Of a stretch of 64,000 nucleotides of DNA, positions 44,710 through 52,792 are shown one piece after another. Every line of letters begins with the position of its first letter. The first letter of the stretch is position 1. The position numbers and the translations under genes were made by a program. The stretch covers positions 109,386-173,385 of the forward strand of contig DAHWKL010000002.1 of NCBI GenBank assembly GCA_027343665.1. Direction: 5' to 3'. Below the pieces are notes generated by a model. That model was not told the origin of the DNA. It saw nothing but the letters and a program-made list of their open reading frames with translations, and ran no database searches. The DNA is from an archaeon (GTDB taxonomy: Archaea; Nanobdellota; Nanobdellia; Pacearchaeales; GW2011-AR1).

Positions 44710-45120
44710 ATGGAATCTTATGAACAATTGCTCGATAGGGCTTATGAAAAAGTGAAGGTTATAGAAGGAAATGGTGAGAGATTCGAGATGCCTAAAATTG
44801 AAGGACATTTTGAAGGCAAAAGAACGATTCTTACAAATTTTTTTCACATTGCGTCTTACCTAAGAAGGGACCCGGATCATTTTCTGAAATTTCTTACCAA
44901 GGAACTGGCAGCAAAGGCCGTTACTGAAGGAGAGAGAATTATCCTTAATATGAAAGTCCCTTCAAAAAAGATAAATCCTAAAATAGAACAGTATGTCGAG
45001 GATTTTGTCCTTTGTAAAGAATGCAAAAAACCGGACACGGAGCTTTTGAAAGAAGGAAAATTCACTGTTTTGCACTGTCTTGCATGCGGAGCAAAGCATC
45101 CGATCCAATCAAAGATTTAA
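44710..45120 (+). CDS. eif2b: translation initiation factor aIF2 beta subunit
   Basis: 136 aa. YEQLLDRAYEKV, T.L.NF..IA..L.R and the C4 Zn ribbon CKECKKPDT..CLACG. Confidence 0.92.
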   Translation: MESYEQLLDRAYEKVKVIEGNGERFEMPKIEGHFEGKRTILTNFFHIASYLRRDPDHFLKFLTKELAAKAVTEGERIILNMKVPSKKINPKIEQYVEDFVLCKECKKPDTELLKEGKFTVLHCLACGAKHPIQSKI

Positions 45121-45187
45121 CTTGAACTCGGTTCCAGAAGCTTTAAAAAACGGGATAAATTTAGTAAATTACTGAATACAACGATAA

Positions 45188-45192
45188 GGAGG
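45188..45192 (+). promoter_or_regulatory. Shine-Dalgarno (GGAGG) for the 45202 gene
   Basis: TAAGGAGGTC lies 9 nt upstream of the ATG. The TATA box at 45142-45149 predicts a leader of about 30 nt, which is an exception to the leaderless rule. Confidence 0.5.
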
Positions 45193-45201
45193 TCAAAAAA
45201 A

Positions 45202-45393
45202 ATGGTACAAGGAAGATGTATGAAGTGCAAGGCGCAGGTTGATATAAAAGACCCAGCGATTACACAAACTGCGAGGGGAGGATTCATGGCTAAGGGAACG
45301 TGCCCGCACCACCCTGAAACAACTGTTTGTGCAATGATGTCAAAAGACAATGCTGAAAAAGCGATAAAGGCAGGAGCTAAAAAAGCTTACTGA
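45202..45393 (+). CDS. small Cys-containing protein (DUF5679-like)
   Basis: 63 aa. CMKCK..(24)..CPHHPETTVC with a strong SD. Preferred over the antisense ORF 45117..45350. Confidence 0.5.
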   Translation: MVQGRCMKCKAQVDIKDPAITQTARGGFMAKGTCPHHPETTVCAMMSKDNAEKAIKAGAKKAY

Positions 45394-45444
45394 ATAAATT
45401 GATTTTTATTTTATTTTTATTGTAAATAAAAAAAGGAGATACCA

Positions 45445-45750
45445 ATGTTTGTTAATATAATTGAAGCGTACAGGAATGTTGTTGCAATAGCAGATGATAA
45501 TCTAATAGGAAAACAGTTCTTTGAAGGCAAAAAGCAGCTTGATGTGAAAGAATCTTTTTACAAAGGGGGGAATTCAGAGCCTCTCTCCAAAGAGGAAGTC
45601 CTCGACATAATCTTAGATATGAACCGCGAGGACGCGACATTTAATATAGTTGGAGAGGAATCTGTCGCATGTGCCATAGAAGCTGGCATAATCACAGAAG
45701 AGAGCATTTTGACAATTGATGGGATCCCTTACGGGATGGTTTTATTGTAA
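45445..45750 (+). CDS. DUF424-like archaeal protein
   Basis: 101 aa. The N-terminal pattern V.A.CD..L(I)GK.F.EG...L.V.E.FY.G is typical of DUF424. GGAG SD lies 6 nt upstream. Confidence 0.55.
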   Translation: MFVNIIEAYRNVVAIADDNLIGKQFFEGKKQLDVKESFYKGGNSEPLSKEEVLDIILDMNREDATFNIVGEESVACAIEAGIITEESILTIDGIPYGMVLL

Positions 45751-46188
45751 ATGGAAGCCATTGCGATTATTTTAATCGTATGGGCTGCTATGCTAGCGGC
45801 ATCTTTCTGGGAATCAAGGGTAGAAGGAAGAAATTCCTGGGGAAGAAAAAAGCTTGGATGGAAAATCAAATTCGGAAAATATTCTCTTCCTGAATACCAC
45901 TTCTGGCTTTTTATTGTAATGTTTCCTTTGCTTGTTATCATTCTTCCGCTTGCGATAGATGGATGGAGCCTGAGACTTTTCGGGGTTCTTGTGAGTGCTT
46001 ATTCTGTCGGGCTTGTTTTGGAGGATTTCGGATGGTTTGTCGTGAACCCGGTAGTCAAAATGAAAGAATGGGATTCAAAATTTGCAGATTGGTATCCTTG
46101 GCTTAAAATCAAGAGATTCAGGTTCCCCATCCCTTACATTATAGGAATCCTTGTGGCGATTTTGTCATGGATTCTTTTCTGGAGATAA
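45751..46188 (+). CDS. membrane protein
   Basis: 145 aa with 3-4 hydrophobic helices. The ATG directly follows the upstream stop. Confidence 0.5.
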   Translation: MEAIAIILIVWAAMLAASFWESRVEGRNSWGRKKLGWKIKFGKYSLPEYHFWLFIVMFPLLVIILPLAIDGWSLRLFGVLVSAYSVGLVLEDFGWFVVNPVVKMKEWDSKFADWYPWLKIKRFRFPIPYIIGILVAILSWILFWR

Positions 46189-46194
46189 TAAAGA

Positions 46195-46584
46195 ATGAAT
46201 GGGTCCAGCGACACCAAGACTTATAAACAACTTCTTTCAATTATTAATATGGCGGGATACAAGAAAAATAAGTTCGGTCAGAATTCAGACGAACCTTCTA
46301 TGACGAGAGCTCCGCTCCCAAGAGGACGCGAGGTCATAGGAATAATAGAGCAGCGTTACGGCGGGAACAAGATGAAGGTCAACTGTTTGGATAAAAAAGA
46401 AAGGGTCGGAAGGGTTCCGGGAAGGCTCAAGAGAGAATTATGGTTAAGGCCAGGGGACATAATAATCATAGAACCGTGGGAACTCGACGACACAAAAGGT
46501 GAAATACTCCTTAAATACAAACCCAGCCAGGTCGCATGGCTGAAAAAGAACGGCTACCTCGAAAAAGAGGACGAAGAATTCTGA
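46195..46584 (+). CDS. eif1a: translation initiation factor aIF1A
   Basis: S1-like OB core (EVIGIIEQRYGGNKMKVNCLD..RVGRVPGRLKRELWLRPGDIIIIEPW). The alternative start at the ATG 46249 (MAGYKKNK) is equally plausible. Confidence 0.88.
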   Translation: MNGSSDTKTYKQLLSIINMAGYKKNKFGQNSDEPSMTRAPLPRGREVIGIIEQRYGGNKMKVNCLDKKERVGRVPGRLKRELWLRPGDIIIIEPWELDDTKGEILLKYKPSQVAWLKKNGYLEKEDEEF

Positions 46585-46653
46585 AAATTTGTAGTAATTA
46601 CGAAGTTACTATATGAGAAAAGATTTATAAATTTTGAAAATCATTAGAGGTTC

Positions 46654-47139
46654 ATGGAACTAAATGCGCCAATAGATGAAATTGAAATTTATTCACAAAC
46701 CCGGTTACAAGATTTTATTAATATTTTAAAATCAGAAAATTCGCCAGTTTATATTTCAAAAAGAGATGAAAGAGACGGCGAAGAAATACACCATAGCGTT
46801 TTTTTGGGGAACAATAGTTTCGCGACAGGTTTAGTTGAAGAATATGAAGATTATAACAGGACAAAATTATTTGGAGAACTGGAAGAAAAATTACAATCCC
46901 AGATGAGGAATAAATTAAGAAAGATAAAAACCGAAATGTGGATAGATGAAGGTGTCGAGCATGAGAATTTTATCAGATTCTACAAACCCGTCATTTCTTT
47001 CCTGAAATCAAAAAGAATAAATTTCGCCATCGTAGGAAGAGAGGATAATGATTATCCGCATTTAATAGGTTACCATGTAGACAAAAGAACAGAAATCAAT
47101 CCTGATTTCAGATATGAGCATAGGAAACTCCTCGAATGA
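46654..47139 (+). CDS. hypothetical protein
   Basis: 161 aa with no motif. A TATA box at 46624-46631 lies 26.5 nt upstream. Confidence 0.45.
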   Translation: MELNAPIDEIEIYSQTRLQDFINILKSENSPVYISKRDERDGEEIHHSVFLGNNSFATGLVEEYEDYNRTKLFGELEEKLQSQMRNKLRKIKTEMWIDEGVEHENFIRFYKPVISFLKSKRINFAIVGREDNDYPHLIGYHVDKRTEINPDFRYEHRKLLE

Positions 47140-47178
47140 ATTCAGATAACTCTTTAATTTCCCACTCTTCAAATTTTA

Positions 47179-47646
47179 ATGACCATAAAACTAAGGAAAT
47201 ACAAAAAATCTGACCTGAAAAGGCATCTTGAGATTTTTCTGATGAACGGAATCTACAAAAAAATAAATCCGAAAATTGAGAAGCAGGAAAAAGAATGGCT
47301 AGATAAAGCGATTGAGAATTACAAGAAGGAGAAACCAGGATTTTACGTTCTTGCAATAACCCTTGATGGAAAATTGATTGGAAACTGCATAGCCGAAAAG
47401 ATAGACTACAAAGGAAAAACTGCAGAGATCGGGTTCTGGATAGGAAAAGATTATTGGAACAAAGGATACACTACAAAAGCCCTTGGATTATTTTTTAAAA
47501 GGATAAAAGACAAATTAGATTTGAAGAAAGTTCATGCAAAGCATGAAAGGGGTAATCCTGCATCAGGGAGAGTGCTTGAAAAAGACGGTTTTACGTTTGA
47601 AGAAGAAAAAGGAAAATTAATTGCTTACTCAAAGACTCTGAAATAA
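47179..47646 (+). CDS. GNAT-family N-acetyltransferase (RimJ/RimL-like)
   Basis: 155 aa. The acetyl-CoA motif region IGFWIGKDYWNKGYTTKAL and a C-terminal N..S.RVLEK.GF. Confidence 0.75.
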   Translation: MTIKLRKYKKSDLKRHLEIFLMNGIYKKINPKIEKQEKEWLDKAIENYKKEKPGFYVLAITLDGKLIGNCIAEKIDYKGKTAEIGFWIGKDYWNKGYTTKALGLFFKRIKDKLDLKKVHAKHERGNPASGRVLEKDGFTFEEEKGKLIAYSKTLK

Positions 47647-47751
47647 ACAGCTCATTATCATTTCTTAACGAAGCATCTCGCCAAAGGCTGATGCGAAGCC
47701 ATCCATCCGCGAAGCGCAAATCTTATAACCCCCTCCTTTTTCTCATAAATC

Positions 47752-48258
47752 ATGGAAAAGCTAATCTGTGATAAGATAGTAAGAATTGTAAAAAATCGAA
47801 AGAAGTTAGAAGAAGCCCTCAAGGTAAAGCTGACAAATGATAAAAGTGAGGTCTCAATAGAGGGAGAAGCCCAAAATGAATATGAAGCTGTAAAAGTCAT
47901 TGACGCGCTTAATATGGGGTTCAGCTTTTCAGACGCAATCTCGATAAAGAAAAATGAACTTGAATTTGGTAAAATAAATGTGAAGGAATACTCGAGGAGC
48001 AGTTTAGAAAGGATAAAAGGAAGACTTATAGGCAAAGACGGAAAAGTTCTCAAAACCCTCTCGACACTCACAAACTGCTCTCTTGAAGTAAAGGGAAATG
48101 AAATCGGTATAATAGGAAATCCTGATGACATGAAAACTGCAATAGATTCGATAATCCAGATAATTCAGGGCTCAAAACATGCAAATGTCTACAAAGGACT
48201 TGAAAAAAGAAAAGAGGAACCAATTGTAGACTGGGGATTGAAGGAGAAAGAGAAATAG
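47752..48258 (+). CDS. KH-domain RNA-binding protein (Pno1/Dim2-like)
   Basis: 168 aa. The type-I KH GxxG loop (RLIGKDGKVLKTL) is preceded by a degenerate KH. Confidence 0.7.
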   Translation: MEKLICDKIVRIVKNRKKLEEALKVKLTNDKSEVSIEGEAQNEYEAVKVIDALNMGFSFSDAISIKKNELEFGKINVKEYSRSSLERIKGRLIGKDGKVLKTLSTLTNCSLEVKGNEIGIIGNPDDMKTAIDSIIQIIQGSKHANVYKGLEKRKEEPIVDWGLKEKEK

Positions 48259-48346
48259 CTACCCCTTCAGTTAATCAACTTCCCAGATTAACCCTCACTC
48301 TTTCCCATATGATACCAAATAAATATAAAATTCCACAACGAAAACC

Positions 48347-48354
48347 TTTAAATA
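48347..48354 (+). promoter_or_regulatory. TATA box for tRNA-Asn
   Basis: CGAAAACC-TTTAAATA, centred 28.5 nt upstream of tRNA position 1. Confidence 0.55.
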
Positions 48355-48378
48355 AGAATTTTCTTAAAGAATTATATT

Positions 48379-48451
48379 GTCCTGGTAGCTCAGTTGGTAG
48401 AGCGAACGGCTGTTAACCGTTAGGTCGTAGGTTCGAGTCCTACCCGGGACG
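48379..48451 (+). tRNA. tRNA-Asn (anticodon GUU), no intron, CCA not encoded
   Basis: Hand-folded cloverleaf. Acceptor GTCCTGG/CCGGGAC (one G-U), D arm GCTC/GAGC, anticodon stem AACGG/CCGTT with loop CTGTTAA, T arm GTAGG-TTCGAGT-CCTAC, discriminator G, followed by T5. Confidence 0.93.
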
Positions 48452-48472
48452 TTTTTCTTTTTGGATAAAAAT

Positions 48473-49435
48473 TTAGAAATAAACAAACTTATGTTCTTTT
48501 GAGATTGTTATGATATCGACTTTTGAGATAAGATCTGAAAATTTATCTTTCATGTCTGTGAGATACTTATCAAATTCCTCTTCTGAAAATACTTCGAACT
48601 CCGGCTCGTAATCCCAGTCACCTATGACTTTCACATTGTGTATAATGTTCTCATGCATCACAAAATAGTCGACAAGTTCGGATATCCTTTTTTCATTTAT
48701 ATTCCCAAGGTAAACGAGACACTTATAGAATTTTATTCCGAGTTTCTCATAACCAAGAGCGATTTTATAGCCGAGGATGACATTTTGTTTCTCAAGAGAC
48801 TTTATCCTGTAATTGATCACACGAGGGGTAGATTTCAACTCTTCAGCGAGGTCAACTATAGATTTCCTTGAGTTCTTCGTGAGATTTTTCAGGATTTGCA
48901 TGTCAAGTTCATCAAGTTCGACAATGCTGTCTTTTTTCATCACAGCTCTCGAATTGATAGCATTCTTACCGTCAATCAAAAAATTCCTATTGTAAGTCTC
49001 GGCCTCGACTAATATTGAGAAGGATTTCTTGATTATGTGGTTTCCAAAAAAGCCCAGAATTTTCAGTTTTATCTCGTCTGCCGATTCAACTGAATCCGTC
49101 TCGACAGTTATTATCAGGTCCCATCCCCCTCGCGAAGAGACAATCCATTTCACTTCTTCCATTTTCTTAAGTCTTGTGATCATCTCATTGAGCTTTTCTG
49201 AATTAAGATGCTGGAAAGATAGGAATATCTTGAAATGAAAGATCCCCAGCTTAGCGAGATTCACGATAAGCTGATAATTTGTTATTATCCCTTCCTTCTC
49301 AAAGCGTTTTATTCTGTAATTGACTCCCTCAGGTGTGAGACCGACTTTCTTTGCTATCGATGAACTGGGCATTCTCGCATCCTTGTCAAGCTCGTAAAGT
49401 ATTTTCCTGTCTTTCAGGTCAAACTTTGTCTCCAT
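48473..49435 (-). CDS. Lrp/AsnC-family regulator, tandem-duplicated (two HTH and ligand-domain modules in one chain)
   Basis: 320 aa. LKDRKILYELDKDARMPSSSIAKKVGLTPEGVNYRIKRFEKEGII and a second LDMQILKNLTKNSRKSIVDLAEELKSTPRVINYRIKSLEKQNVI. Each is followed by an AsnC-type alpha/beta domain. Confidence 0.8.
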   Translation of the reverse strand: METKFDLKDRKILYELDKDARMPSSSIAKKVGLTPEGVNYRIKRFEKEGIITNYQLIVNLAKLGIFHFKIFLSFQHLNSEKLNEMITRLKKMEEVKWIVSSRGGWDLIITVETDSVESADEIKLKILGFFGNHIIKKSFSILVEAETYNRNFLIDGKNAINSRAVMKKDSIVELDELDMQILKNLTKNSRKSIVDLAEELKSTPRVINYRIKSLEKQNVILGYKIALGYEKLGIKFYKCLVYLGNINEKRISELVDYFVMHENIIHNVKVIGDWDYEPEFEVFSEEEFDKYLTDMKDKFSDLISKVDIITISKEHKFVYF

Positions 49436-49546
49436 TTTTTTATAATTCTTACATATTTTATAAACTTATTGTATTTTTACTAATATTTTCAAAAATAAGT
49501 TTTATATATAATACATTTCTTACTACTACAAGATAACAAAAAGAAG

Positions 49547-50329
49547 ATGTTCTCTTCTGGTTATCTGAGAAACATAAACAACAAAAAAGCAAACAAGAAA
49601 ATGAAAACACTAATGAACAGACTAAGAGAAAGGCTGGACGAAAGAAGGCTTAAGAAAGCCGCTCCTGGGTGGACAGAAATGCAGAGAAAACTCGGAGAGA
49701 TGGAGTCGGTCAATCCTTCAGAGAGCCTGAAGTACACAACAGCTCAAGAGCAAGAGAAGCAGTATGAAAAATTTAGGGGAAATTTAGGAAATACAACAAA
49801 GTCAAACAAGCGGTTGAGAAAAGAATTAAACCAGATTATCATTCATACTTATTTGATCCCTCGAAAAACTTACAAAGTTACAATAGACAAAGAAGAAAAT
49901 AGCCTCTATGTTGAAGCCAAAAGAGAGTTCGAGGATTATTTTGTCACAGAAGTCACTGCGTCCATTGATGGAAAACTTTTCAAGAAGGAGATAACTGAAG
50001 GTAATCTTCTCAAATTCCCAAATACAAAAAAGATTTCTTACAATGTGATCCTCAGTCAAGAGCGAAAAAATCTATATTTCAAAAATGGATATGATCTTGG
50101 ATTTGTCGAAAAAAGATTTGGAGGAGGAGGCTTTGGTGGCGGACCTGCTTCAACAATAATAGGAAAATCGGAATTTGATTTCTATAACCGGAAGGGGGTT
50201 CTCCCAGCACTCAAGATAGCAGAATCCGTGCTTGGAAGGAGGCTTATTAAAGACGAAGATTATGTTCTTGCGCCGGGAGACTTCAATCTAGTTAACAAAT
50301 ATCTTTACACTGTGGAGGTAAGAGAATGA
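49547..50329 (+). CDS. hypothetical protein (orphan operon, gene 1)
   Basis: 260 aa. Basic coiled-coil N-terminus and a GGGGFGGG tract. The start is uncertain (alternative ATG at 49601, MKTLMNRL). Confidence 0.45.
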   Translation: MFSSGYLRNINNKKANKKMKTLMNRLRERLDERRLKKAAPGWTEMQRKLGEMESVNPSESLKYTTAQEQEKQYEKFRGNLGNTTKSNKRLRKELNQIIIHTYLIPRKTYKVTIDKEENSLYVEAKREFEDYFVTEVTASIDGKLFKKEITEGNLLKFPNTKKISYNVILSQERKNLYFKNGYDLGFVEKRFGGGGFGGGPASTIIGKSEFDFYNRKGVLPALKIAESVLGRRLIKDEDYVLAPGDFNLVNKYLYTVEVRE

Positions 50330-50664
50330 AAGCATTGTCAGAGTATGAAAAAGAAATTAGATATATAACAAAATATAATATCAAAAAGGATGATTTGGTA
50401 AAGCTTAATAAAATCATACTTAAGGGATTATCCCCATTGGTCATTTTAGTCGGATTTTTTGCAACACTTTATTACGTGACACATGGAGACAACCAAGAAT
50501 CTTATATCACTCCACAAAACGTCCAAACTAACTACCAAAAAATATCAGAAAGAGGGAAGACCATTCTTGATTCAATCTACCAAGTAAGAGCAGATTCGAT
50601 AAAGCAAGCTTTCGAGAACAAACTTGAAAGAGAAATCAAAAAGGAGGAAACAAAAAGAAAATGA
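50326..50664 (+). CDS. hypothetical single-pass membrane protein (orphan operon, gene 2)
   Basis: 112 aa with one TM helix (LSPLVILVGFFATLYYV). ATGA overlap with gene 1. Confidence 0.45.
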   Translation: MKALSEYEKEIRYITKYNIKKDDLVKLNKIILKGLSPLVILVGFFATLYYVTHGDNQESYITPQNVQTNYQKISERGKTILDSIYQVRADSIKQAFENKLEREIKKEETKRK

Positions 50665-51092
50665 TAAAGATAATCATAGGTAAAAAACCAAAATGGGAAA
50701 AAGTTTTAGACAAAGATTTGAACCTTTATGAAACCCAAGAATTGATAAAGTCGCTAGATGAATCAACGAAAATACAAGCAAATTGCAACATAGGTTCATA
50801 CAAAAAAGAGTTCAAAGATAAAACCCCTTCAGAGACTTACAATTTTATCAATGACAAGTTTAATCCTAAGCAACTCACGGACGTATATTTCGAAGCAAAT
50901 CATAAAGTTTGGCTAAAAGGGAGTATTGAAAACCATCAGTTATACACAGCACAGGGATGTATTGAGGCAAAGTTTGGAGATGAAATGATAAAGGGCATAC
51001 CTTACAGAGAAGCGACATTTGAATACTCAATAAGTCAGAAAAATCCTGATCAGCCCCAGAGCAAACTTGAGAAAAAAATCGGATATCAATAA
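50661..51092 (+). CDS. hypothetical protein (orphan operon, gene 3)
   Basis: 143 aa. ATGA overlap with gene 2. Confidence 0.45.
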   Translation: MIKIIIGKKPKWEKVLDKDLNLYETQELIKSLDESTKIQANCNIGSYKKEFKDKTPSETYNFINDKFNPKQLTDVYFEANHKVWLKGSIENHQLYTAQGCIEAKFGDEMIKGIPYREATFEYSISQKNPDQPQSKLEKKIGYQ

Positions 51093-51202
51093 GATCTCAC
51101 GAACTAAAACCCCAAATTTATTTTATTTTTTATTTCCTTAAACTTCAAAACCTAGAATAGGGAATCCAAAACCCTTAAAACTCTTACCGTTCATCTAATC
51201 TT

Positions 51203-51667
51203 ATGTCAAAAGAATTCGAAAGATTATTTGGAGAAGATCAAAAAGCGATTGAAACCTGGTCAGCAGGAAAAATGTCAGACAAGGAGTTCAACAAAATCAA
51301 TTCTAAGTTAATAAATGAAGTTGAAAAGCTACTAAAATCCCAAAAGAAAATTTCAGGAAAAGATTATTTCACTGCAGCGATTATTTTTCATCATATGTAC
51401 AAATTACCTTTTTCTAAGAGAGCGGTTGAGTTCGCAAAGATGAGCCATGAATTAGGGTACAAAAAAGGAAAATGGCTCATAACTTCAACGACAGACAGGC
51501 TCTTACAATTAGAGGGTAAACCTCAAAAATTCGGAACCCAAGTTGTGAATATGAAAGCAAAAAGACTAAAACTCTACAAACTCAACCCAAAAACAACAGA
51601 CAAAGAAAGAAAAGAATATGGTCTCCCAACACTCAAACAAATTAAAAAAGAATATAGAGTAAAATGA
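51203..51667 (+). CDS. hypothetical protein, first gene of the mnmA operon
   Basis: 154 aa, helical. A TATA-like CTTAAAAC at 51174-51181 lies 25.5 nt upstream. The stop overlaps the mnmA ATG (ATGA). Confidence 0.45.
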   Translation: MSKEFERLFGEDQKAIETWSAGKMSDKEFNKINSKLINEVEKLLKSQKKISGKDYFTAAIIFHHMYKLPFSKRAVEFAKMSHELGYKKGKWLITSTTDRLLQLEGKPQKFGTQVVNMKAKRLKLYKLNPKTTDKERKEYGLPTLKQIKKEYRVK

Positions 51668-52791
51668 AAACTCCCTTCTCAAGGAAGAAAAAAGAAAAAA
51701 TTCTCCTAGCTATGTCGGGAGGAGTCGACTCATCTGTAGCTGCACTGCTCCTAAAAAAACAAGGTTATGAAGTCTATGGCGCATTCATGAAAAACTGGTC
51801 TGACACTAAAAATAAGATAACAGGTGAATGCACCTGGGTCGGAGAAAGAGAGCATGCAATAAAAATAGCAACTAAACTTGGAATCCCTTTTGTGACTCTT
51901 GATTTCGAGAATGAATACAAAAAACTTGTCGTTGACGAGATGTTCAAGAAGTACAAAGCTGGAATAACTCCCAATCCTGACATAGATTGCAATGAGAAAA
52001 TAAAATTTCCCCTCTTAATAAAAGCCGCAAAAAAAGCAGGGATAAATTTGATTGCAACAGGACATTATGCAAGAATAAAAAAGAAAGGCAATAAATACGA
52101 ACTCCATCGCGCAAAAGATGAATCAAAAGACCAGTCATATTTCCTTTACAGGCAAAGCCAGGAAGATCTTTCACACACAATTTTTCCGATAGGAAATCTG
52201 ACAAAAAAGAAAGTAAGAGAAATTGCAAGAAAAAACGGCTTTCAGAATGCAGACAAAAAGGGGACTGTGGGAATCTGTTTCATAGGAAAAATAAACCTGA
52301 AAGATTTTCTTTCAAAGAAAATAAGACCAAAAAAAGGGAAGATATTTGATCCGGACGGAAAAATAATAGGGGAACATGACGGAATTTACTTTTATACTAT
52401 AGGACAAAGGCTAGGTCCAAGATATGGCTTCGAAGTGGAAAGGCAAGACCCAAACACCAAAAGAATGAGCAGATGGTACGTCGCAAAAAAGAATGCAAAA
52501 ACAAATGTTCTTATTGCTGCACCTGAAGGGCATTCATTACTCCTGAGAAAAGAGATAACTGTGAAAGAACTCCATCTGATAGATGAGGTAAAAGAAAATT
52601 TCCTAAAACATAAAAAAGTCTTTTCAAGGATAAGGCAAGTCGGAGAACTGATTCCTTCAACAGTTTACAAAAAAAACGGGAAAATAAAAGTCACCTTGGA
52701 CAAAGGAATAACAGGAGTCTCAGAAGGTCAGGCAATAGTTCTTTATGATAAAACAAAATGCCTCGGAGGAGGGGTCATAGCCTTTGATTAA
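51664..52791 (+). CDS. mnmA: tRNA-specific 2-thiouridylase MnmA (bacterial type)
   Basis: 375 aa. PP-loop LAMSGGVDSSVAA, the catalytic Cys regions (NPDIDCN, GICFIG) and a C-terminal barrel. Confidence 0.9.
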   Translation: MKTPFSRKKKEKILLAMSGGVDSSVAALLLKKQGYEVYGAFMKNWSDTKNKITGECTWVGEREHAIKIATKLGIPFVTLDFENEYKKLVVDEMFKKYKAGITPNPDIDCNEKIKFPLLIKAAKKAGINLIATGHYARIKKKGNKYELHRAKDESKDQSYFLYRQSQEDLSHTIFPIGNLTKKKVREIARKNGFQNADKKGTVGICFIGKINLKDFLSKKIRPKKGKIFDPDGKIIGEHDGIYFYTIGQRLGPRYGFEVERQDPNTKRMSRWYVAKKNAKTNVLIAAPEGHSLLLRKEITVKELHLIDEVKENFLKHKKVFSRIRQVGELIPSTVYKKNGKIKVTLDKGITGVSEGQAIVLYDKTKCLGGGVIAFD

Positions 52792-52792
52792 C

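Noticed and set aside
45117-45350. 77-aa minus-strand ORF overlapping the 45202..45393 gene.
   Set aside because: The plus-strand ORF has a strong GGAGG SD site, a TATA box and Cys-pair motifs. The minus ORF has none of these.
49501-49546. A leaderless start for the orphan operon at 49547.
   Set aside because: The nearest TATA (TTTATATA, 49501-08) is 42 nt from the ATG and no start codon lies at about +26. The gene is either short-leadered or starts at the internal ATG 49601, so its start is left uncertain.
48452-51202. Integrated element at tRNA-Asn, delimited by an att-type direct repeat.
   Set aside because: By eye I could not find any repeat of the tRNA 3' half (GGTTCGAGTCCTACCCGGGAC) downstream, and there is no integrase. 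It is kept only as a weak accessory-block hypothesis in the findings.
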